NCBI GenBank assembly: GCA_043818055.1
Contig: JBDRGF010000073.1
Span: 1 to 12,372, forward strand
Reading direction: 5' to 3'
Origin: Pseudomonadota bacterium
Lineage (GTDB): Bacteria; UBA10199; 2-02-FULL-44-16; JBDRGF01
Length of the DNA: 12,372 nucleotides
Below are positions 1 through 7,579 of the stretch, piece after piece (the stretch's first letter is position 1; each line of letters starts with the position of its first letter). The notes under the pieces are model-generated. The model saw nothing but the letters and a program-made list of their open reading frames with translations, searched no databases and was not told where the DNA came from. The position numbers and the translations under genes were made by a program.

Positions 1-115
1 TGTTTATGACCGAATTGAACTATTTAGCAGGTAATATGAATGGATTTTCAAAGTGGGTTTGAACTCGATACCGTTAAGATCATTCTGCCATCTAGAGTTT
101 GCACGGACCGGGAGT

Positions 116-152
116 GTCTAAAAAGTTAGACTGTGAGTCTAAACTTTTAGAC
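116..152. promoter_or_regulatory. Tandem palindromic upstream activator sequences (putative bEBP binding sites), promoter 1
   Basis: GTCTAA-AAAG-TTAGAC (116-131) and GTCTAA-ACTT-TTAGAC (137-152) have perfect 6-bp arms and start 21 bp apart. They lie 111 and 90 bp upstream of a sigma54 box. The same layout recurs at 7805-7841. Confidence 0.8.
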
Positions 153-198
153 GTTTTTGGGAGGCTCCAAAAAAGTGTATTTCTATTTTATTCAATAA

Positions 199-211
199 TA
201 TCAACATTTTA
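199..211 (+). promoter_or_regulatory. IHF binding site, promoter 1
   Basis: TATCAACATTTTA is an exact match to WATCAA-N4-TTR, with an AT-rich tract upstream. It lies between the UAS pair and the sigma54 box. Confidence 0.7.
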
Positions 212-226
212 AAGAAAACCAAGAAG

Positions 227-243
227 TTGGCATGAAGATTGCT
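227..243 (+). promoter_or_regulatory. sigma54 (RpoN) -24/-12 promoter 1
   Basis: TTGGCATGAAGATTGCT vs consensus YTGGCACG-N4-TTGCW, one mismatch, with correct GG-N10-GC spacing. Confidence 0.85.
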
Positions 244-385
244 ATACGCAAGACACATGTTGATCGACGATTTTCTTTATGTAATGATGAATTTATGATT
301 TTTTTGACATATTTTTGAAGAATTAAGCAACAATTCAAGAAAGCGTCCGATAATTATTGTTGAATGACTTAATTCAGGGGATCCA

Positions 386-1597
386 ATGACTCGCAGCACT
401 TGGCTCTTAATAATAGCAAATTTTATCTCGAAGTTTGGGGATTGGGTAATCTTCATAGCCGTTAGCCTATTTATTTATGACAAAACTAAGCTGAATTCAA
501 TGGTTGGATTGGTAATGATTTTGCAGTTTTGCTCTGGTGTTTTAACTGCACCAATACTTCTTAAATGGGCTGACATGTTTAATAAACGCTTAGTTATGAT
601 TGTTGGAGATGTTATTGCGGCAACTGTCATGTTATGTTGGAGCTTTTTTCCAGAAAATCAAATGATGGCATATTCGGTCGTCTTTATTATTGGAACAATT
701 ACTAGTGTATATATTCCGATGCAACAATCACTTTTACCATACACATTAAAATCAAAAGAAAAATTAGACAGAGCAAATGCAGTGATGATTTTTTTATCTC
801 AATCAAATATTCTGCTAGGTGTTGCTGGAGGTGCTAGTCTATTCTATTGGTTAGGTATGCAGAAATTGATTTTCATGAATATGGGGTCATTTATCTTTTC
901 CGCGGTATTGCTTAGTTGTGTTTCTTCATATAGGAAAAACGAAGTAGAAAAATCTAAGATATCCATTTCAGAAGAAAATAGTAATTTAAGAAGTTTTTAT
1001 AAGGACTTGAAGGTAACTAAAGTAATACCTTACATTATTATACCAATTTTTATCCTTCAATTAAGTATTGGTGCAATAAATGGATTAGAAGTGGGTTATT
1101 GTCGAGTATATTTGCAATTAAACGATGCCCTTACAGGTTGGGTCATGTCAACAGCTGGCATAGGTTTGATGTTAGGGGCTGCCTTAATATCTACGATTGG
1201 TTTTAAGTTTTCCCCTGTCAAAGGAGTTTTTTTTGCTTGTTTAGGGATATCAGGTTGCACATTTATGTATTCTTTAAGCAATTCATTCCTTCAAGCAGCT
1301 ATCATTGTAGGAATGGTTGGATTTTTTAATGCAATAATGTCAATTAAATGGCGTTCATATGTACAAAAACAGATTGCAGAAAAGCTTCAAGCAAGGACTT
1401 TTGCTCTAGGGTATTATTTATTCAATACGTCTATGATTTTGTTTATGTTACTTGCCACTATCGTAGCTGACAAATGGAATATAAGAACTGCACTTGTAGT
1501 ATTTTCTATCCCAACAATTTTATTTACTGTTATCTATTTTATATTAATCACTAAAAAAGAAGTTATGTGTAATAATGCAGCAGTCTATAATGAATGA
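386..1597 (+). CDS. MFS transporter, DHA3/MefA-like exporter family
   Basis: 403 aa with about 12 hydrophobic segments. N-terminal ISKFGDW, motif A-like WADMFNKRLVMIVGD, and KLDRANA / LQARTFA loop motifs typical of DHA3-type MFS. Confidence 0.88.
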   Translation: MTRSTWLLIIANFISKFGDWVIFIAVSLFIYDKTKLNSMVGLVMILQFCSGVLTAPILLKWADMFNKRLVMIVGDVIAATVMLCWSFFPENQMMAYSVVFIIGTITSVYIPMQQSLLPYTLKSKEKLDRANAVMIFLSQSNILLGVAGGASLFYWLGMQKLIFMNMGSFIFSAVLLSCVSSYRKNEVEKSKISISEENSNLRSFYKDLKVTKVIPYIIIPIFILQLSIGAINGLEVGYCRVYLQLNDALTGWVMSTAGIGLMLGAALISTIGFKFSPVKGVFFACLGISGCTFMYSLSNSFLQAAIIVGMVGFFNAIMSIKWRSYVQKQIAEKLQARTFALGYYLFNTSMILFMLLATIVADKWNIRTALVVFSIPTILFTVIYFILITKKEVMCNNAAVYNE

Positions 1598-1929
1598 ATT
1601 TAAATATTCAGAATCCTTAGGCAAAGGAAATAAAGGCCTTGCACGTTGCAATGCATTCTAATGGGGCTTGAAAAAAGTATGGCTCAGCGTTTACTAAATA
1701 TGAGTAGCATGGGATATCACGAGATTGCGGAAAGATGACAAATAATTCTCCACAGAAACAATATTATAACGATGTTTGAGTGATGTGTGATATTAGTGAC
1801 TAGTTTAAACTTGCTGTCGAAAATAGATGTTAAGATAATAGAAAATTTCAATTTCGGATATAGCTTAGTGAGATATTTGGAGTTTGATAGGACATTTTAA
1901 AAAGAATTACGACCAATAAAATAAGGAGA

Positions 1930-2727
1930 ATGCTTACTTCGATGAAATTATATGCAAATGTTATTACTAGTTATTATCAGGGTAGGCCTAATTATTCTGC
2001 CGCAGCCAAAGTACTTGTTCAGGCTTTAGAACAAAGATTTGCGAACAATCGGAGCATACGCTTATTGGATTTAGGATGTGGTTTTGGTTTTCATGCCATT
2101 CAACTTGCTATGAACAAATTTAGAAACATTACAGCTGTTGATAATGAAGTTGCAATGATCGTTAAATTTAAGGATCAAGTTTCAAAATTGCAAAAAAAGA
2201 TTCAATCAAGAATAAAAATATATAGAGATGATTGGTTTAATCTGAATGGTGAATGGAATAGAGAAAATTATTATGATTGTATCTATTTATTAGGCAATAC
2301 AATAGGTCTTGTTGGAAATAAAATACTATTTCAAAAACTTTTTAGTAGAGTGACGCAAATGTTAAAGACTAATGGGCTATTCATTTTTGATCGTGTTTTG
2401 TTTTCACATATTGATAATGATTCTTGTCCAAAATGGTCTGAACCTATATTTCATAATGAAGAAAATAAAAATTTCCAATTAGCAATTACGAAAAATATTG
2501 ATATGAATTCAAAAGAGGGTGTCCTTATTCTGCACGTAAGATGGGTTGATGGTTCGATTTTCTCAGATGAGAAGGAAATATATAAAATTTATCAATTTGG
2601 AACGGTTGATATAGATAATCTGGCATCAATCTTTAGATGTAGGATTGTTTCATTAATTGATTTGGATTCAGAAGAGAAGGTGGAGAAAGGTACAAATAAA
2701 TGTATGTGGACTTTAGAAAAATTATGA
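1930..2727 (+). CDS. Class I SAM-dependent methyltransferase (glycine/sarcosine N-methyltransferase-like motifs)
   Basis: Motif I LLDLGCGFG, post-I ITAVD, DW motif, YDCIYLLGN, and LKTNGLFIFD. AAGGAG at 1923-1928; the start may be the ATG at 1930 or at 1942. Confidence 0.88.
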   Translation: MLTSMKLYANVITSYYQGRPNYSAAAKVLVQALEQRFANNRSIRLLDLGCGFGFHAIQLAMNKFRNITAVDNEVAMIVKFKDQVSKLQKKIQSRIKIYRDDWFNLNGEWNRENYYDCIYLLGNTIGLVGNKILFQKLFSRVTQMLKTNGLFIFDRVLFSHIDNDSCPKWSEPIFHNEENKNFQLAITKNIDMNSKEGVLILHVRWVDGSIFSDEKEIYKIYQFGTVDIDNLASIFRCRIVSLIDLDSEEKVEKGTNKCMWTLEKL

Positions 2728-4241
2728 ATAAGACATCTAAAATAGCGACTTTGATACTAATGCTAATTGGCTGTTGTGGTAATGCTTTTGCAAGCGATTA
2801 TCGAACTGCTACACCAGATATACCTAAAAACTGGGATCCTAGGTATAATACGTTGGGTTATTATACTCGATTTAGTTATCAAGTGTTTTGTTCGTTATTG
2901 ACGATTGATGAAAATCTAAATGTGTCAAACGCGTTAGCAAATCGATGGAGTGTTTCTGATGGTGGAATGAAATATATATTTGAAATTAGGAGTGATGCAG
3001 GATTTCAAAATGGACAGAGTATCTTGGCAGAAGATGTTGTTCTCTCATTAAAACGTATGATATCAGATAGCACGTTGTCTAAGGAATTGAAGGTCATCAA
3101 GTCAATCCATGTTGCAAAAGATAAAACCGAATATCCTTCGCGCTGGAATGTAGATAGAAAGAGAGTAGTAATTATTGAGCTTTTTAGGCCATATGTTCAA
3201 TTGTTGTACATTATTTCAAGTCCGGCTATGGCTATATTCCCCGCTAAACAACTAATGGAAAACCCAAATGTATTTTTTAAAAAACCCATCAGTTGTGGGC
3301 CTTTTAATATAGAATTAATAAATAAGAAAACGGTAATTCTTAAGAAAAATAAATATTATTATAATGCATCTCAAGTCAAGATTGAGAGAATTTATTTTTA
3401 TAAATATAATTTGAATGAAGCAGTCAGTGAATTCAATAAAGGGTCTTTAGATGATATTATTTTATATGCAGCAGATAAGAATGAAATTAAGAGAGAGTAT
3501 AATGTGTTAAATGGTAGGACATATATCACTCGAATGTTACAATTTAATACCAAAAAGGGTGTGTTTAAAAGTTTGAATATGAGAAAGGCCTTCATTTATG
3601 CATTTGACAAAAATAATTATGTAAAATTGGTAAACAGTAAAAATCTTATTCCTGCTACAGGTTTTATTCCAAAAGGTATGATTGGTTATTCAGAGTCTGA
3701 ATATTATTTATATTCTCCTGAAAAATCTAGAAAGCTGCTTCAAAAAGAAAAAGTGGATCATAACAAGAAAATTATTATAATATCATCACGACCTCAGGAA
3801 GCTGAAGCATTGTCTGTTATTGCTAAAGATATTGAAAAGATTTTGGGAATAGCAATTGAAGTGAAAAAAGTAACCTCAGCAGAGTTTTATCAAAGATGGA
3901 TATCTTTTAATGATGATATTATGCTTGGAGGTGCGGATAGTATCTATTTGGATCCATATTTCCAACTTCGCTATGCTATTCCAAGTTATAATGAAAGGTG
4001 TATTACTGAGTTTAAGAACAAAAATGTGGAAGAATTGCTTGAAAGAACACAGACTATTGTAAATAAAAGTGAAAGAGCTAAATTGTATAATAAGATTGAT
4101 AACTTAATTATGGATGATGCATTAATATTGCCTTTATATTATGGTTCTATAAGTACAGGAATTTACTCTCCTGATGTTTATGGTATAAAACTGCCTCCTA
4201 ATGGAGTTCAGCATGTAAGATATGAAATAGTATCAAAGTAA
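2724..4241 (+). CDS. Family-5 extracellular solute-binding protein (OppA/DppA-like), no cognate permease or ATPase in the window
   Basis: Signal peptide MNKTSKIATLILMLIGCCGNAFA. SBP_bac_5 signature LANRWSVSDGGMKYIFEIRSDAGFQNG..AEDVVLSL, plus PISCGPF, MRKAFIYAFDK and ILPLYY. Start placed at the ATG at 2724, which forms an ATGA overlap with the methyltransferase stop, rather than at 2700. Confidence 0.9.
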   Translation: MNKTSKIATLILMLIGCCGNAFASDYRTATPDIPKNWDPRYNTLGYYTRFSYQVFCSLLTIDENLNVSNALANRWSVSDGGMKYIFEIRSDAGFQNGQSILAEDVVLSLKRMISDSTLSKELKVIKSIHVAKDKTEYPSRWNVDRKRVVIIELFRPYVQLLYIISSPAMAIFPAKQLMENPNVFFKKPISCGPFNIELINKKTVILKKNKYYYNASQVKIERIYFYKYNLNEAVSEFNKGSLDDIILYAADKNEIKREYNVLNGRTYITRMLQFNTKKGVFKSLNMRKAFIYAFDKNNYVKLVNSKNLIPATGFIPKGMIGYSESEYYLYSPEKSRKLLQKEKVDHNKKIIIISSRPQEAEALSVIAKDIEKILGIAIEVKKVTSAEFYQRWISFNDDIMLGGADSIYLDPYFQLRYAIPSYNERCITEFKNKNVEELLERTQTIVNKSERAKLYNKIDNLIMDDALILPLYYGSISTGIYSPDVYGIKLPPNGVQHVRYEIVSK

Positions 4242-4250
4242 CTTGTTATT

Positions 4251-6122
4251 ATGAAAATAAAATTAAACAAAGCCTTGTCATACCCAATAGGAACGATTGT
4301 TTTTCTATCTATAGTTATTACATCCTTACTATTGGGATATTTCTTTTATAAGAATATGATAAATTCTTTTTATCGTTCTGCAAATATATATTTAGAACGA
4401 GAAGCTATTAATATTCGCGAGCCTTTAGTGATTTACGATTATCCCGAGGTAATAAAGCGTTATAATGAGGATTTAAAAATTCCAGGGTTGATTAGCATAT
4501 CAGTTTATGATGATCAGGGCCTATCTATTGTTGACTGGAGAATCAACAACTATCGAAAATCTAATAAATTAGAAAAACTTATAATTGTGTATCAAAAAAT
4601 ATTTGATATTGATAATCCGTCAAGATTAGTTGGGTCAATAAAAATGATTTTTTCAGATTCTATGATTAAAAAAATGTTTTTAAATACTGTTTTGACAACA
4701 ATGATAATTGCTTTTATTGTGTCATTATTTACAGTTGTACTTGTAGCAATATTTATTAAACGTATAATTAGAGCTCTGATGTATATAGTTGAAACTATGA
4801 AGAAATATAAACCGGGAGTATTATATTCATCTGATTTTGATTTGGATTCATTTGTATACGAATTTGATATATTAAAATCTGCTTATTATAAAATGAATAA
4901 TACAATAATACAACATCAGTCTATTTCAAAGAGATCTGCCCATCTTGCCGCAATCGGCCAGATGTCATCACACGTCGCACACGACATGCGTTCTCCGCTT
5001 TCTGTAATACAGGGATATATCGGAGGAGAGCATAGTGATGAGATGAGAAAAGCTGCGATTAATGGTGTGAATAAGTTAAATCGTATGGCGGATGAACTGC
5101 TCGATTATGCCAAAGCCTCAAAGGTAGAGCCTGTTATTACATCGGTTAAGAGCCTTGTTGAAACTACCGTTAGCAATGAGATTCAAAAGCTTGCAAATGA
5201 AAGAGGTGTTAAGCTTATCTATGATGTCAGCAATGATATAGTTGCAAAAATAGATCACTATCGCATGGGGCGTGTTTTGATCAACCTTATCACTAATGCT
5301 ATTCAGGCCATCGATGGTGTTTCAGGAGAAGTTAGAATTACGGTGAAATTAGAAGAGGATTCACTCAAAATAACGGTGGCAGATAATGGCAATGGCATTG
5401 AAAAAGAAAGTCTGGAGAAAATCTTCGACAGCTTCTTCACAAAGGGAAAAGTAAAGGGTACCGGCCTCGGCCTTTCATACTGCAAAAACGTCATCGAAGC
5501 CCACGGCGGAACGATTGAGGTATCAAGTGGATTAGGGCAGGGCACAGAGTTTGTTATTCATATCCCATCATGCATTACAGAACTACATGCTACATGCCAC
5601 ATACCACATACGTCTTTGGTTTCCCCACCACATACCACATACCATATGCCACATCCGCCTTTGCTCTCTCCACCACATGCCACATGCTACATGCCACATG
5701 CGCCCTTGGTGTCCCAGCATCACCCCGAGATTACCACGTCGTCTCTTCAAACGGAGACTCCTCGTAATGACAAACCAGCGACTGACATTCTTGTTGTAGA
5801 TGATGATGTTGGTATAATGTTGCTGTGGAATACGAAGATACAGAAGAAGTACGGTAAGCCGCCGCTTACGGCAGTCAGTCCCGAAGAGTTGATGAAGTCT
5901 AAATTCGATTACAATAATATATCGAAGGCGATAGTCGATTATCAGTTTGAGGGGAGCAAGTTAAGTGGCCTCGATGTTGTACGTTTTTTGAAAGAGAAGG
6001 GTGTGAAGGTCATTCACATGTGTACTGGCATGTTTCATGATGAAGAGCTTCAGAGAGAGGCGAAAGAATTGGGTGTTGTTTCAATCATACCAAAGCCGAT
6101 AGCGGTTGATGTGGATGTTTGA
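4251..6122 (+). CDS. Membrane-bound hybrid sensor histidine kinase (2 TM + extracytoplasmic sensor, HisKA, HATPase_c, C-terminal receiver)
   Basis: Two TM segments. H-box VAHDMRSPL, N-box NLITNAIQA, G1 DNGNGI, F-box FDSFFT, G2 GTGLGL. Receiver domain ILVVDDD..IVDY..MCTG..IPKP retains the DD/D/T/K residues. Repeat-derived linker between HATPase and receiver. Confidence 0.93.
   Translation: MKIKLNKALSYPIGTIVFLSIVITSLLLGYFFYKNMINSFYRSANIYLEREAINIREPLVIYDYPEVIKRYNEDLKIPGLISISVYDDQGLSIVDWRINNYRKSNKLEKLIIVYQKIFDIDNPSRLVGSIKMIFSDSMIKKMFLNTVLTTMIIAFIVSLFTVVLVAIFIKRIIRALMYIVETMKKYKPGVLYSSDFDLDSFVYEFDILKSAYYKMNNTIIQHQSISKRSAHLAAIGQMSSHVAHDMRSPLSVIQGYIGGEHSDEMRKAAINGVNKLNRMADELLDYAKASKVEPVITSVKSLVETTVSNEIQKLANERGVKLIYDVSNDIVAKIDHYRMGRVLINLITNAIQAIDGVSGEVRITVKLEEDSLKITVADNGNGIEKESLEKIFDSFFTKGKVKGTGLGLSYCKNVIEAHGGTIEVSSGLGQGTEFVIHIPSCITELHATCHIPHTSLVSPPHTTYHMPHPPLLSPPHATCYMPHAPLVSQHHPEITTSSLQTETPRNDKPATDILVVDDDVGIMLLWNTKIQKKYGKPPLTAVSPEELMKSKFDYNNISKAIVDYQFEGSKLSGLDVVRFLKEKGVKVIHMCTGMFHDEELQREAKELGVVSIIPKPIAVDVDV
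5583..5717 (+). repeat. Three tandem 45-bp units (4 x CYACATR heptamer + 17-bp tail), in frame within the kinase
   Basis: Units start at 5583, 5628 and 5673 and encode LHATCHIPHTSLVSP / PHTTYHMPHPPLLSP / PHATCYMPHAPLVSQ. Confidence 0.92.
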
Positions 6123-6131
6123 AAAAATGCG

Positions 6132-6200
6132 CCTCCCCTTGATAAGGGGAGGGTGGGAGGGGTCATGACCCCCTCTGGCTCCCCCTTAGTAAGGGGGAGG
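6132..6200. repeat. Intergenic inverted doublet of GC-rich hairpins (REP/REPIN-like)
   Basis: CCTCCCCTT-GAT-AAGGGGAGG (6132-6152), central palindrome GGGGTCATGACCCC (6159-6172), and CTCCCCCTT-AGT-AAGGGGGAG (6179-6199). Confidence 0.8.
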
Positions 6201-6235
6201 ATTTAGTATTAATGTAGTTTTAAAAGGAGTTCAAA

Positions 6236-7579
6236 ATGAACAAAGATTATAGAATATTATGCGTGGATGATGATGAGGATTTTCTTGTGCACATGAAGAG
6301 CATGCTTTCGAATTACAATGTTGTCACTTCGACTTCCCTAAAACGTGTTCTTAACCCGGAGACCTTAAGGGATATAGATACCGTCCTTCTTGATATAGAC
6401 ATGAAGGGCGAGTCCGGCATGGATGGTCTGAAGAGCATCAAAGATATGGATGCGTCGATCAACATCGTCATGGTCACGGGGCACAGAGAGCCGGAGATGA
6501 TAGTGGAGGCGATCAAGGCGGGCGCTTCTGATTATATATGCAAGCCGATAACTAAAGATGATCTGTCGGTCTGTATAGAAAAAGCAAAAAAATCGCGGCT
6601 GGACAAGGAGAAGATAAACGCACTCATGAGTGAGCTCAATAGTGTTGACGTCTCTTCAAGGATAATCGGAAGAAGCAGAGCATTGTCGGAGCTATTGGAA
6701 AAGGCAAAGAAGGTAAAGGGTTATCACGATGCGCACGTTTTGATAGAAGGGGAGAGCGGCACGGGAAAAGAACTGTTAGCCCGCTACGTCCATCGACTGG
6801 AAGAAAATTCGCACCGGCCTTTTGTTGTCGTAAATTGCGCGGCTATACCTGAAAACCTGATAGAGTCGGAGTTCTTCGGTCACGAAAAGGGATCTTTCAC
6901 GGGCGCCATTTGCAAGAAGATAGGAAAACTCACCCTTGCAGATAATGGCGATCTCTTTCTCGATGAGATCAACACATTAAAACCAGAGCTTCAGGCGAAG
7001 CTTCTTCGCGCCATACAGGAGAAGGAGTTCTGTCCGGTCGGCGGCAATGAACCTATAACGTCGAATTTCAGAGTGATCGCTGCGACAAACGAAAATCTGG
7101 ATAAGCTTGTTCAAGAGGGAAAGTTTCGTCTGGACCTTTATCACAGGCTTAAAATCGTTCAACTGCATATGTCTCCATTGAGGGAGAGAAAAGACGATAT
7201 CCCAGTTCTCATCGACCATTTTTTGAACAAGTTTTCAAAAAAGGGGAGCGTCAAAAAGATATCGAAGGGCGCGATGGATAAACTTCTAAATAATAATTGG
7301 CCGGGAAATGTGAGAGAGCTTGAAAATATTGTTCACAGTGCTGTAATTTTATCTCAAGGCGATATGATAGATGGAGATGATTTGCCACTATCGAAAAGAT
7401 CAACAACAAAACAAGAAGATCAAAATATGCTTTTGAAGGATTATATCAACAGCGCCGAAAAGAATTACATTCAATCCGTCCTAGATAATTTAAACGGCAA
7501 CCGAGAAAAAGCCGCCGACCACCTAGGCATCAGCCGCGCCACCCTCTACAATAAGATGAAAACGCTAGGTTTGGAGTAA
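6236..7579 (+). CDS. sigma54-dependent response regulator (NtrC family bEBP: REC, AAA+, Fis HTH)
   Basis: REC ILCVDDD..LLDIDM..VTG..KP. Walker A GESGTGKE, GSFTGA (GAFTGA loop variant), Walker B LFLDEI, FRLDLYHRL, WPGNVRELEN. HTH AADHLGISRATLYNKMK. AAGGAG RBS. Confidence 0.96.
   Translation: MNKDYRILCVDDDEDFLVHMKSMLSNYNVVTSTSLKRVLNPETLRDIDTVLLDIDMKGESGMDGLKSIKDMDASINIVMVTGHREPEMIVEAIKAGASDYICKPITKDDLSVCIEKAKKSRLDKEKINALMSELNSVDVSSRIIGRSRALSELLEKAKKVKGYHDAHVLIEGESGTGKELLARYVHRLEENSHRPFVVVNCAAIPENLIESEFFGHEKGSFTGAICKKIGKLTLADNGDLFLDEINTLKPELQAKLLRAIQEKEFCPVGGNEPITSNFRVIAATNENLDKLVQEGKFRLDLYHRLKIVQLHMSPLRERKDDIPVLIDHFLNKFSKKGSVKKISKGAMDKLLNNNWPGNVRELENIVHSAVILSQGDMIDGDDLPLSKRSTTKQEDQNMLLKDYINSAEKNYIQSVLDNLNGNREKAADHLGISRATLYNKMKTLGLE

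Noticed and set aside
1..62. Possible 3' end of an upstream gene (frame 3, ...FMTELNYLAGNMNGFSKWV*)
   Set aside because: Too short to support, and another frame is also open for part of the stretch.
154..173. Inverted repeat TTTTTGG-GAGGCT-CCAAAAA
   Set aside because: Weak A/T stem with no counterpart in promoter 2; it does not match the UAS motif.
5583..5717. CRISPR array or heme-binding (CxxCH) repeats
   Set aside because: The 17-bp tails resemble each other and are not unique spacers, the repeats are heptamer tandems, and there are no cas genes. No CxxCH motif occurs in the kinase frame.
5551..5799. Alternative-frame ORFs 5551-5799 and 5570-5767
   Set aside because: By-products of the stop-poor heptamer repeat inside the kinase gene.
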